Origin: Diplonema japonicum
Taxonomy: Eukaryota > Protista > Euglenozoa: Diplonemea
DNA: 64,000 nucleotides
Direction: 5' to 3'
NCBI GenBank assembly: GCA_964019335.1
Contig: OZ025651.1
Location: 62,001 to 126,000, forward strand
In this document: positions 20,565 to 30,136 of the stretch, piece by piece
Layout of the letters: each line of letters starts with the position of its first letter
How positions within the stretch are numbered: the first letter of the stretch is position 1
The notes under the pieces: generated by a model
Database searches by the model: none
Told to the model about the DNA's origin: nothing
The model's input: only the letters and a program-made list of their open reading frames with translations
Made by a program: the position numbers and the translations under genes

Positions 20565-22976
20565 CTACTCAAGAAGCTTCGATTCGTCTATACCGCCTTC
20601 AAGCAGTGCCATCTTGCTGTGCTTGTGAAGCACCTTGACCGGCTGGCCTTTGTTAACGCTGTATGCCGCAAGCTCCACGTCGTTGGTGAGGAGCGTTGCC
20701 TGGAAAGCACGGGCTGTCTCGACCACGCGGATTGGTGTGGGCAGCCGTGGGGGGAGGTTGAGGGAGGCCTCATCGCAGAGCATTAAGATTCTGACGTTGT
20801 CAGGGTACTGGGAGGCCTTCTTGCGAAGGGTTTGGAGGGAAGCTTCGAAAAAGGACTGCTCCTGCGGGGTGGCAGCAGGGTTAGTGCAGCCAGCGTCCAA
20901 CTGTGACAGCACCGACTGTGGGATGATGACCTGTGCCCTTCCATCCTCCAGCACTCTTTCGAGGTTCATTGCCACAGTCCCGTCCGCAATGTAGAACTGA
21001 GTCACGTCTGAGTGCCCCTCCATAGCAGGAGGCTCGAAGTCTTCAAACCCAAAGGTCCCCCTCAGCATCACCTCGCTGAACCCCTTCAAACCTACGGACT
21101 CCTCCAGGCCAAGGCAGTCCAACATTGCCGAGCACACACCCCTCGTTGCGACGCTGTTCTTTGCCAGAACAGATGTCCAGAGAAGCTTCAAGAACTTCTT
21201 GTCACAGTCTGGATTGCTTCCTTCGATCAGGGCGATGATGCTGTGTTCAGGAGGGACCTGTTGCTGCGCAGTCATCTCTGACAAGGTGCGCAGCAGTCCA
21301 GGGTCGTTTGTTTTGATCTGATGCTTCATGACCGCTGCGTAGCACGCCCCGTCCAGAGGCATGTCACGTTCGCTCAGCAACCTGACAGAGGATGCCAGAA
21401 GCAGTTCATTTTCACCCGCAGCAGCTTCAAGAAGATGTGAGACGTCGGAAGCAGGGCGGCGGCGCGTGTCGCCAGGTGTCTTGAACATTCTAGTAAGAGC
21501 AAAATGCGACTCGGCCAGCAATGGTGGGTTTGCCTGGGCAAGGCCCTGCGAGCACAGCTTCCAGATGTCGCCGTTTGTTATGTGGATGGCGCCAGACTTG
21601 GACCACTTGCCGCGCGTGGTGCTCCCCAGCATGTCCATTCTGATCTGCATCCCGACGAGCCTCGGTCCGTGCAGGGAACGATTCTTAATCTCTACGAAAA
21701 GCTCTGCCACCTCGTCGGCACAGCCCTGCTGAGTCATTCCCTGCAGCAAGCTTAGGAGAACTTCTTCGCCAAACCCAATATAACTTGGCACAGTGCTGTT
21801 GTACTGCAGAACCTCGCGCCGCCACCATTGGTATCCCTCACGTGCCTTCCCGTTGTTCACGAAGGTCCTGACCACGTACGCCAGGCCTTTCCGCGTCGCC
21901 CTGAAAGGGTGCTTGATCTTCCTCCCTGAAGACGGCCTCGTTATCATGACGTTACGGAGCTTTTCCCATGTGGAGGTGATGCCAAGGAGGTCGTTCTTCT
22001 TGTTGTAGGCCTTCAACAGCAGGGTCCAGACGCGGAGGGATGAGTACCGTGTGTTCCTCTGGTGCTTCATATCTAGCTGCAGGGCGGTGACCTCGTCGGG
22101 CATCCCTCGCTGTGCAAAGGACTGCATCAAGTATGTGTAGTGGTGGTGGTTCTTCTCGGTCACCTTGTCCATGTTCTGGAAGTGCTCCAGTGCCCTGACG
22201 TGGTCATTGTTCTCCAAACTGTGAAACATGACCTTCTCCCAGTATTTCGGAGTGGGCCGAAGGTGGAGGATGTTGATCATTTTACCCTGCCACTGTGTGC
22301 AGAGCTTAGTCTTGCGGTCGTACTCCTCAGGGGTCCGGTGCGAGTGCAGCATGGGTGCGATAGAAAGAGCCTCGTAGAAGTCCCGCTTTGATTTCACATG
22401 CTCTTCAGGGTCTTCTATTAAGTGCCTTAAGCTGACTTCTAATGATTCAAGCTGGTCTAACTTGTTCCCAAGGCCGTACAGGGTGGCGATGGCTGAGCCG
22501 GACTCAAGACCGACAGTGTGCTGCGCTGTTGCGACGGAGAGAAGCTGGATGGCGTTGGCAAGATGGGAACGGGTGTAGCCTGGGTTTCGTAGTTTCAGCG
22601 ATTCTTGCACGTCTTGCACTGCGGTCCAGAGCAAGATGGAGGTGTCGTAGTCGCTAAGGGTGATCCCGTTCTTAGTCAGATCCTGCGCGGTCTGAAGGGA
22701 GCCTGGAGCACCCCTTGCGGTTAACAGCCGTTTGATCTCATACCACGGCTGCCATGAGGAAAGCATTTCAGAATATTTGCCTTTTTTTGCAATTCTGTTG
22801 AAAGGATCCACATCCACGTCTTGGCCTTCTTCGTCTACTACGGGCATCCATTTGTGGGCGTAGCCGTGCTTGGGGATGCTTTTAAAATACTTCGGCATCA
22901 TGAACCACTGCTTCTTCATAGCATTTTGTGCCGGCCGCTTTGCGACAGACGCGAAGAAATCGTAACCCGGTGGCAT
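20565..22976 (-). CDS. PPR-repeat protein with C-terminal PIN-like domain
   Basis: PPR-like helices (YTYLMQSFAQRGMPDEV, VWTLLLKAYNKKND, CYAAVMKHQIK). PIN-fold motifs YIADGTV, VIIPQSVLSQLD and LLTNDVEL. Confidence 0.75.
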   Translation of the reverse strand: MPPGYDFFASVAKRPAQNAMKKQWFMMPKYFKSIPKHGYAHKWMPVVDEEGQDVDVDPFNRIAKKGKYSEMLSSWQPWYEIKRLLTARGAPGSLQTAQDLTKNGITLSDYDTSILLWTAVQDVQESLKLRNPGYTRSHLANAIQLLSVATAQHTVGLESGSAIATLYGLGNKLDQLESLEVSLRHLIEDPEEHVKSKRDFYEALSIAPMLHSHRTPEEYDRKTKLCTQWQGKMINILHLRPTPKYWEKVMFHSLENNDHVRALEHFQNMDKVTEKNHHHYTYLMQSFAQRGMPDEVTALQLDMKHQRNTRYSSLRVWTLLLKAYNKKNDLLGITSTWEKLRNVMITRPSSGRKIKHPFRATRKGLAYVVRTFVNNGKAREGYQWWRREVLQYNSTVPSYIGFGEEVLLSLLQGMTQQGCADEVAELFVEIKNRSLHGPRLVGMQIRMDMLGSTTRGKWSKSGAIHITNGDIWKLCSQGLAQANPPLLAESHFALTRMFKTPGDTRRRPASDVSHLLEAAAGENELLLASSVRLLSERDMPLDGACYAAVMKHQIKTNDPGLLRTLSEMTAQQQVPPEHSIIALIEGSNPDCDKKFLKLLWTSVLAKNSVATRGVCSAMLDCLGLEESVGLKGFSEVMLRGTFGFEDFEPPAMEGHSDVTQFYIADGTVAMNLERVLEDGRAQVIIPQSVLSQLDAGCTNPAATPQEQSFFEASLQTLRKKASQYPDNVRILMLCDEASLNLPPRLPTPIRVVETARAFQATLLTNDVELAAYSVNKGQPVKVLHKHSKMALLEGGIDESKLLE

Positions 22977-23918
22977 CTTTCTTTCTCCCTCCCCGTTTCT
23001 CTCCCCCTCTTTTTTTTATTCTTTTTTTTTTTATGGACAAGGGGTTTATTACTAAGAGTGTAAGAAGAGAAAGGGTAACCTCAGACGCCAAGAAAATCAA
23101 AAGAAAAAAGAGGGAAGAGAGGAAGAACGGAGAAGGAAAAGGGAGAAGAGCACAGTTGTGTTATTCTACAGTGGGGCATTTTTTTTTTTTCTTTCTTTTG
23201 GCCAGGATCTGGTATACCACACTGAATGAAAAAAGCCCTGCTCTTTAGTTGTCGGAACCATTTTTTATAGTTTCTTCTTAGGTTGGTTCTAGCCCCATAG
23301 TCTGGGGGGGGGGGGATCAAAAGAAAAGCTTTAACCTGATGCACACCAAGGCGCAATAAATTGTCGTCTGAAAAATTTCGTGTTTTTTGAATTCTCCTGT
23401 TACCTGTACACATTGTACATACTTGCTATAGTTGCCTATGCTGCCCGTATTTACTCCACCCAGGATTAAGAATTGCAAAATTGTTAGGTTAAAGGGGGAA
23501 AAAAAAAGAAGAAAAAACGTAGTTTAAGACAAGGGAGTGTGGTGCGCTGTATTTCATGCACAAGATGTTAATAAAAGGTTAAAATGATGCATTATGTAAC
23601 ATGTGTCAAAAAAAAAGAGGGGAGGAGATGAAGGAGAACAGGCAAGACCCTCGTAAGAAGGTTTTTAAAAAAAAAGAAAAAAGCAAGGAAGAAAAAAAAC
23701 CCTTTTTTATCAAAAAAGACTTTTTTTTCAAAAAGGGAAAAAAAAGAAGAGAAAAAAGAGAAAAAAAACCAAAAAAGTTTTATTTTATTTTATTTTATTC
23801 TTTTTTTTAAAAAAAAAAATACTTCCCCCCCCCAACAAAAATTTAAATGAGTCATGACATATTTTCCCCACCCTTTCTCATTTCATTTCTTTTTTTTTCT
23901 TCCGTAAATTGAATCAAT

Positions 23919-24494
23919 CTATGTCGTTTCCCGGGGGGCCTGTGGCGGCCGTCTGTTCACAGGAACGCGTTTCGAGGACTTCTTTAATTGTTGCTGTTGT
24001 GTACTTCTCAAATTGGTTTTGCAGACAGGACAGCAGTGGTGGTAGTCCGTAAGCCATCTTTCTATACATGACGCATGGAAAGTGTGTGAACAAGGCAACC
24101 TGCAGACCGCAGCAGGAGGGGAAAATTCACAGTGGCACACTAAGCAGTCGGGGGAGGGTAAGGGTGTTGATGGGGTTAAAACTTCAGGACGGAGAAGGCT
24201 TCGTACCTCTGTCTTCCCAAGAGACCTGTCAACTGTCTCGTCTAGCTTCAACAGTATTTCATAGTCACGGGGGGTGAAGTTATCCATAAGGGCTAGTTTG
24301 ACCTCCAAAGGCATATTGGGGTCGGTGAAGTCTAAAGCGCCCCCTCTCCCTCGGTGGTTGCGGGTCTTGATATAATCTTCAACAAGTCCCCTCAAGAGCC
24401 TTCTCTCTTTGCACTCCAGTGTGGGCTGCCCTGTTGTCTGGGCATCGGTCCCGTCACTTGGCTTCTTCTTCCTTTTCCTCACCCTGTTCATCAC
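23919..24494 (-). CDS. RING-H2 E3 ubiquitin ligase (start uncertain)
   Basis: DNFTPRDYEILLKLDE followed by CLVC...LPCSHTFHASCIERWL...CPVC. Confidence 0.85.
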   Translation of the reverse strand: MMNRVRKRKKKPSDGTDAQTTGQPTLECKERRLLRGLVEDYIKTRNHRGRGGALDFTDPNMPLEVKLALMDNFTPRDYEILLKLDETVDRSLGKTEVRSLLRPEVLTPSTPLPSPDCLVCHCEFSPPAAVCRLPCSHTFHASCIERWLTDYHHCCPVCKTNLRSTQQQQLKKSSKRVPVNRRPPQAPRETT

Positions 24495-24653
24495 CCAAGA
24501 ACCAGTTTGTTTTAACTTTAAAATTTTTAAGAGTTTTTCTATCTTTTTTTTTTTGTTTAAAGGGGGGATAACAGGTAAAAAAAAAAGAAAACCGCGGGGG
24601 GGAGGGGGAGGGGGAGGGGGGGGCGCAAAGCCACCCTGTGTTTTGTGTGTTGT

Positions 24654-24692
<39 letters not shown>

Positions 24693-26126
24693 ACCGAAAA
24701 TTTATGTCAAAGAATAATAATAATAACTAAAAGGAAGAAAGAAAAAAGAAGAAGAAGAAGGGGGGGAAAAAAAAAGGGCATGTAACGCCATAGGAAATAC
24801 AAAAAAAAAAAGAAAAAGAAAAAAAGAAAAAAATCAGATCGTTTACGGGTTTGGTACTACAGCAATTTAGAAAAAAATAAAAATAAAAATAAAAACAAAG
24901 AAAAAACCAGCAGAACGTCTATCGCGTCGCTTGTTGAAATACGGAAAAAGGAAAAAAAAAAAGAAAAAAAAAGAAAGAAGAAAAAGAGAGGTGTAAAAAA
25001 AAAAAATGAATAGATGAGGTAACCTTCACTCTTAATTATTTTCTTTTTTTTTTTCTCTTTTCTTTTTATATCTTTTCAATTTTCTCTTCTTTTTTCTTGT
25101 TCTTTTTCTCGATTTTAGATCGACAACTAGCTGACATTAGGCTTTCTTTTTTCTTCGAATTTTTCGTTCTTCTTTTTTTATTTTCTTTTTCCTTCCTACG
25201 TGACCACAAAGGGGATTCGAGAGGCTTCAAAGTGCCAACCCAATGTGTTCTGTCAAACTAATCTCCTGCAAAGATAAAAAAAAAAATGACTTCGCCCTTT
25301 TTGTTATTATGCAGGGACCGCTAAAGTCTCCATTAATATTCTTTTTTCCCTCTTCTCTATGTTCATAAAAGAACAAGAATAGGCCCGTAGCCAAAAAGAG
25401 AAACTGTTTAAGCCAAGTCAAAAGGCTCGTCCTACTCGTAAAAACACGCTTTCAGACAGGGTTCGACAGAAAAGGGGAAAAAAAACTGAAGAAAAATACT
25501 CGACAAAAACATCGCAACTTGGTCTTTTTAACGTCACCTGGTGACACAACTCAAACAGCGCTCGTCACGACCACCACAGCCGGCTCCAAGAGTGCACCAG
25601 AAAGTACATGGGGTGGAACCTCTCACCTGTTTTTCGTTTCCTCGCTGCGAAGCTTAATGCGATCACCTGAAATGACTCGCTTTAAGGGGAGGTGTCGTTA
25701 CGCACCTAGGACCCGGCCAACGGTCTTGCTGCCCCTGGTATTCCAAAAAGAAAAAAAAAAAGAAAAAAAAAGAGAGACCGCGTGACGTCGTGGAAACGTG
25801 AGAATTCGAGGCATTTCAACAGAACACAGCGACCCCCATAATAATAAAAAAAAAAAAAAAAAGCAAGGTCACATAGAACCCAAAGAAAGTACTGGGATTT
25901 CACTTAATACCCAAAAAATGTGAGAAGAATGTCGTTGGTTGCTTCTCAAGTCTCCCTTGTTTTCTATGTTGCTTCCTTTCTGTGCTGAGGAATTCCATGG
26001 CTATTTTTCAGTGATCCTTTGGCGGATTGGCTTTTCAAAAAAAAAAAAAAAACTCGGTTTTTGCGCATTAAGTGACTTTCCTTGAAACCTTCCATTTGGG
26101 TACTAAATGAATTTTGGCATCTTGGC

Positions 26127-26167
<41 letters not shown>

Positions 26168-26291
26168 ATCAAACAAAAACAAAAAAACTCTGTGACTGTT
26201 AGTCAGTTAGTGGATTACGAAAGATAGAAAGAAAAATCCTTTTTTTTTTAATTCTTCTTTTGCCTTCTTCTCCCCCCCCCCCCCCCCCCCT

Positions 26292-27224
26292 CTATAGTTC
26301 CCGCAGCCAATTCGCGCTCAACTGGTAAGTGGTGAACAGCGATGCGTTAGCCGGAAGGGACCTTGCGATACACGGCACGTACCCCTTGTAAAACCTACTA
26401 ATGCCGCCCTCTGCATAGAGTTTGCTGACACAGTCGAACCAAGAGGAGTACCTCCTTTGCGATGGGTTTGTGTGGTCGGACTGCATAGACGACTTCACCG
26501 AGTCCAAAGGGAAGGTAAGGGACCAGTACCCAAGACCCCCAATGCTCCCTGCAATGAGCTGTTTCGCAGTAGACATTTTAGAAACGTCCTCCCCGTCAGC
26601 AAGGTACCGCCGTGCGCTCTCATAGGACCCGAAGTACATCCCAGCAGAGCAGCTGTTCCTCATCAGTGTGGCGGAGAGGCCTTGGCCCCACCCACGGAGG
26701 CCTCTGTCGATCGAGATTCGGTAACAACAGTGAAAAACGTTTTTATAAGGGTTCTTGTACCCGGGTATCGTAGTTTCCTTTACTTTCTGAACCTGCATTT
26801 GTGACTTGAACAGGTCCATCGAACATTCAACGGGGGCGATTGCCACACCCGTCGCTGTCCCGCATGCGAAGAACAACTTCTTGTCTATCTTGTTGATATC
26901 CTCTGTGCCTGCTATCAACCGTTTAGCGTACCCATAAGACATGAACTGCCACGCTCTTAATATCAGTTGTCCCACTAAAGGGCTTCCAATGCCTTTGTAG
27001 AAGCCGCCCATTCCTTCCTGTCCCCATGTCTTCTTCAAGCAGTCCAACACACCGTTGTACATAGGCCTCTCAGTGGGCTGTGTTTGCAGCCTTACCTTCA
27101 CTGTGTCGAAAGGGTGCCCCACAACTGCGCAGGCCAAGCCCGAGGCCGTCCCAGCTGCCCAGTTCACCACTCCAGGTGACAAGTTGTATTTCTCATGCGT
27201 GGTGTGCGTTTCTTGTTGAAGCAT
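26292..27224 (-). CDS. Mitochondrial carrier (SLC25; carnitine/ornithine carrier-like)
   Basis: Three carrier repeats: GHPFDTVKVRLQ, SMDLFKSQMQ and FPLDSVKSSMQ. Confidence 0.92.
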   Translation of the reverse strand: MLQQETHTTHEKYNLSPGVVNWAAGTASGLACAVVGHPFDTVKVRLQTQPTERPMYNGVLDCLKKTWGQEGMGGFYKGIGSPLVGQLILRAWQFMSYGYAKRLIAGTEDINKIDKKLFFACGTATGVAIAPVECSMDLFKSQMQVQKVKETTIPGYKNPYKNVFHCCYRISIDRGLRGWGQGLSATLMRNSCSAGMYFGSYESARRYLADGEDVSKMSTAKQLIAGSIGGLGYWSLTFPLDSVKSSMQSDHTNPSQRRYSSWFDCVSKLYAEGGISRFYKGYVPCIARSLPANASLFTTYQLSANWLREL

Positions 27225-27824
27225 TATTATCTTTTTATCTTCTTTTTTTTTCTACTACACACCGGCCTCCCTTTCCTTTTGGTTTTTTTTCTTCTTCTTC
27301 TTTCTTTTCTCTTCTTTTTTTTTTTTTAAAAATCTGTCAGGCCCTGCTGAGATAGTGTGTTTTTAGCTAGTGTTGCCTGGGAAATATCTGTTTTTCTTTT
27401 TCTTTTTCTTTTTCTTTTTTAATACTAAAGGGGGGGCCCGAATAATTCCCTCCCAAATAATGTGTTTTTCCCCAAATAATTCTTTTTTTTTCGGGGATTT
27501 TTCCGCTCCAAATTTCCCAAATAATTCCCGACCCCCTTTCTTTTTTTTTGGGGGGACCGGGGTGGGGGGGGTCACATGGTAGTCGTGCAACGGGCTTTTC
27601 TCAGTTACGCCTGTGCAGGGTACTAGCCGACCTAACCCATGTATACACCCCTTTTTTGACCAAAAAGTCGATTTCCGCCTGGTTTTGGGCACTTTTTGGG
27701 CACTTACAAGCAATTGAACCAGGCGGTTTGTCTGCAACGTTTGTGGGTTCTCCACAGCCTGGGAGAAAAACTGTTAAAATTTCCCTTGAAAAAAAAAGGG
27801 CATGAAAAAAGTCTTGGCACAATT

Positions 27825-27835
27825 TATATAAAAAG
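27825..27835 (+). promoter_or_regulatory. TATA-like element upstream of the plus-strand ORF
   Basis: TATATAAAAAG starts 24 nt before the ATG at 27849. The AT-rich context makes a chance match possible. Confidence 0.25.
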
Positions 27836-27848
27836 CGAAGTACACAAG

Positions 27849-28148
27849 ATGATTATGTTTGTGATAATTTGCATCTTGATTTCGACTGCCTTTGCTGCGC
27901 CAGATGGAGACAAGGGTAGAAGTAGAGATGACACATCGCATGCAGAGCACTACGTCAATGGAGTGTTGCGCCTTGGAAGCAGCGAGCTGCAAAGTACCGC
28001 AAAGGCTCACAAAACTAGAATGGAACAAGCAGGGCCAGTGACTTGTGGTAGACTTCAAGCTGACAAGTGGGATAGGGTCAAGCGACTGGGACGAATAATA
28101 GAAAAGCTATGGCCGATCTTATCCCAACGAATAAGAAACAACAATTGA
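27849..28148 (+). CDS. Small secreted protein (99 aa), prepro-peptide-like with cationic amphipathic C-terminus
   Basis: MIMFVIICILISTAFA|APD signal peptide. Non-homopolymeric, coding-like DNA. C-terminus KWDRVKRLGRIIEKLWPILSQRIR. Confidence 0.55.
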   Translation: MIMFVIICILISTAFAAPDGDKGRSRDDTSHAEHYVNGVLRLGSSELQSTAKAHKTRMEQAGPVTCGRLQADKWDRVKRLGRIIEKLWPILSQRIRNNN

Positions 28149-28270
28149 AGAAAGAAAGAACAGGGGGGGAAAACAAAAACAAAAAAAGACATGAAAACCA
28201 CACAAAAAAAAATACTTAAATAGACTATTGCCTCTCACCACGATTGAGACGGGTAAATGTGTAAATACTC

Positions 28271-28621
28271 CTATTTTCTTTTCTTTTTTTTTTTAAGATT
28301 CTCTTCAGCTCTCTGGCGATGACCGGAAGAAGAAAGAAAACCAAATGTGTAGAGAAGGGCAGGGAACTCGTTTAGCCGTTTTTCATTACGCCCACCAGAA
28401 GCATCGCGTCCTTGTGTGGAGTGTGGTTTTTTAACACCCTTGCATACATTGTTGTCGTGGTACTGGTAATTCATCCCATTGTGCTTCTTCCTGTGTATCG
28501 AGACTGAGGCTGCAGACTTGTTCCCGTCGATCCCGTCCACCTGCCCTCGAGGCACAGGGGGCGGTGGTGTGTCCTGTTGTAGCATGCCCATGGCCTGTCC
28601 TACTGCAGCGAAAAAATTCAT
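28271..28621 (-). CDS. Hypothetical small protein (MNFFAAVGQAMGML...), 3' end uncertain
   Basis: GC-richer coding-like segment after an A-rich leader, on the same strand as the cluster. No domain recognised. Confidence 0.35.
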   Translation of the reverse strand: MNFFAAVGQAMGMLQQDTPPPPVPRGQVDGIDGNKSAASVSIHRKKHNGMNYQYHDNNVCKGVKKPHSTQGRDASGGRNEKRLNEFPALLYTFGFLSSSGHRQRAEENLKKKKKRK

Positions 28622-28745
28622 CTTTTCCTCCTTCTCTACGTGTAAATACTCCTGTTTCTTTTTCTTCTTTTCTTTTGGCTCGATACAGAAGGAAAAAAGG
28701 AAATAAAAAGCAACGAGGGGAAAACAGAGTAGGAACTCTGCTTGT

Positions 28746-29843
28746 TCAGCTTTCTTGCTGCACGGCAACCACAGAAAATACGGTCGCCCCTTTACAGACT
28801 TTGCCAAGGGAGTCAGCCCCCTCCACCCTGACGTGCCGTGTCTCAGCACCGGACCTCGGCAGCAGGATGTACAGGTGCTGCACATCGCGGACCACCTTCA
28901 AGTGAGACTCCAGGAAGCTCCACACAACAGTATCTGGAGGAGGCAAAGTAACGCAGAACGGGCCGTAGACAACAGCACCGTGCTTATGCGGTGTGAAGGA
29001 GGTGGAGATAGTGAAGAGGATGGAGGGGGAGGGAGTGGGGGCGAAGAGCCTAGCGACGGCGAAGGCGGTACCTCCTATAGCAGCTCCCAGAAGGAGCCCC
29101 GATGTGACAAGGAGAGGGGAGGCAGGAATGAGAACAGTGGCAGGACCGGAAACGCCCGACCCAGTCAGAATGCCTCCCAGCGTGGTATGCGACATGATGC
29201 CTTGAGCAACACCCCCCAAGTAGGTAGAGCCCGCGACAGAGGGGGCTGAGTAGGCACCTATGGCGGCTGCAGTGTAGCCACCTCCTGCAGCGCCGGCAGA
29301 GACAGCCAAAGTGTTCTTCCCAGCAGACTCCAAGGCTTGTACCTGCTTTGAGACCCCCGACCCGTTTTTGCACATGGTCGCGAAGTGCTCGCAATTGTTC
29401 CCCAGCAACGAGAACTGCTTCAGCCCCACCCCTTGCCGTGCCACCCTTGCGCTATGCTCGCCTTCGAACAATTTACCCTCTTCGTACGCCACCACTTGTA
29501 TCCCCACTTGCTCGCCCCCAACGAACCCGTGGATACAAGTCTCCCTCACCATCATGTTCCCTTCCTTCTTCCCGCCCTCTGAGCAGAAGTGCACCACCTT
29601 CCCGTTCCCCACGTACACCCCGTGGTGGCAATAGCCTATCGTGGGCGTCGTTCGCAGGTGGTCACCCACCTTCAAGACCTCCACGTGCTTCTTAAGAAAC
29701 TGCACCACCTCCGGGTCGCATACTGCCCTGCACAGCTTGGGTAACTTCAGTTCTTCTGCTGTCAACGGATTAACACAAGGTGTCCGCACCTCCTCGGCGT
29801 CTGAAAAGTCACTCCCAGTCATGCTTAAAATATCAGGTTCCAT
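28746..29843 (-). CDS. LRAT/H-rev107 (permuted NlpC/P60) acyltransferase-like protein with Gly-rich hydrophobic segment
   Basis: HHGVYVGNGKVVHF and FSLLGNNCEHFATMCK. Confidence 0.88.
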   Translation of the reverse strand: MEPDILSMTGSDFSDAEEVRTPCVNPLTAEELKLPKLCRAVCDPEVVQFLKKHVEVLKVGDHLRTTPTIGYCHHGVYVGNGKVVHFCSEGGKKEGNMMVRETCIHGFVGGEQVGIQVVAYEEGKLFEGEHSARVARQGVGLKQFSLLGNNCEHFATMCKNGSGVSKQVQALESAGKNTLAVSAGAAGGGYTAAAIGAYSAPSVAGSTYLGGVAQGIMSHTTLGGILTGSGVSGPATVLIPASPLLVTSGLLLGAAIGGTAFAVARLFAPTPSPSILFTISTSFTPHKHGAVVYGPFCVTLPPPDTVVWSFLESHLKVVRDVQHLYILLPRSGAETRHVRVEGADSLGKVCKGATVFSVVAVQQES

Positions 29844-30136
29844 GTGTAAGTGTATGTGTAAGTCACCCCTGCCTTGCCTGCCTGCGATATTTGAAGAGGT
29901 ATCCTCCGGTTTTGGTCACCTCAACATTTGGGGAACACATCCACTCAAAGGATGATCCGAAACTCCAGAATAGAGGAGCGAACAGCGACTAGCAGGACAG
30001 ATTGCAATAAAAGAAATAGGGTTTAAAAAAAAAAAGAAAAATCATGTTAGGGTAGGTTATCCGGCTTCGAACTAAAACAAAAATAAAAATGTTTATATGT
30101 CACCGCGCGTGTTAAGAATGAAAAATACAGTGTTCC

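Noticed and set aside
25500-25830. Coding exon or ncRNA in a GC-richer island upstream of the RING gene
   Set aside because: No recognisable ORF, splice path or RNA motif could be supported.
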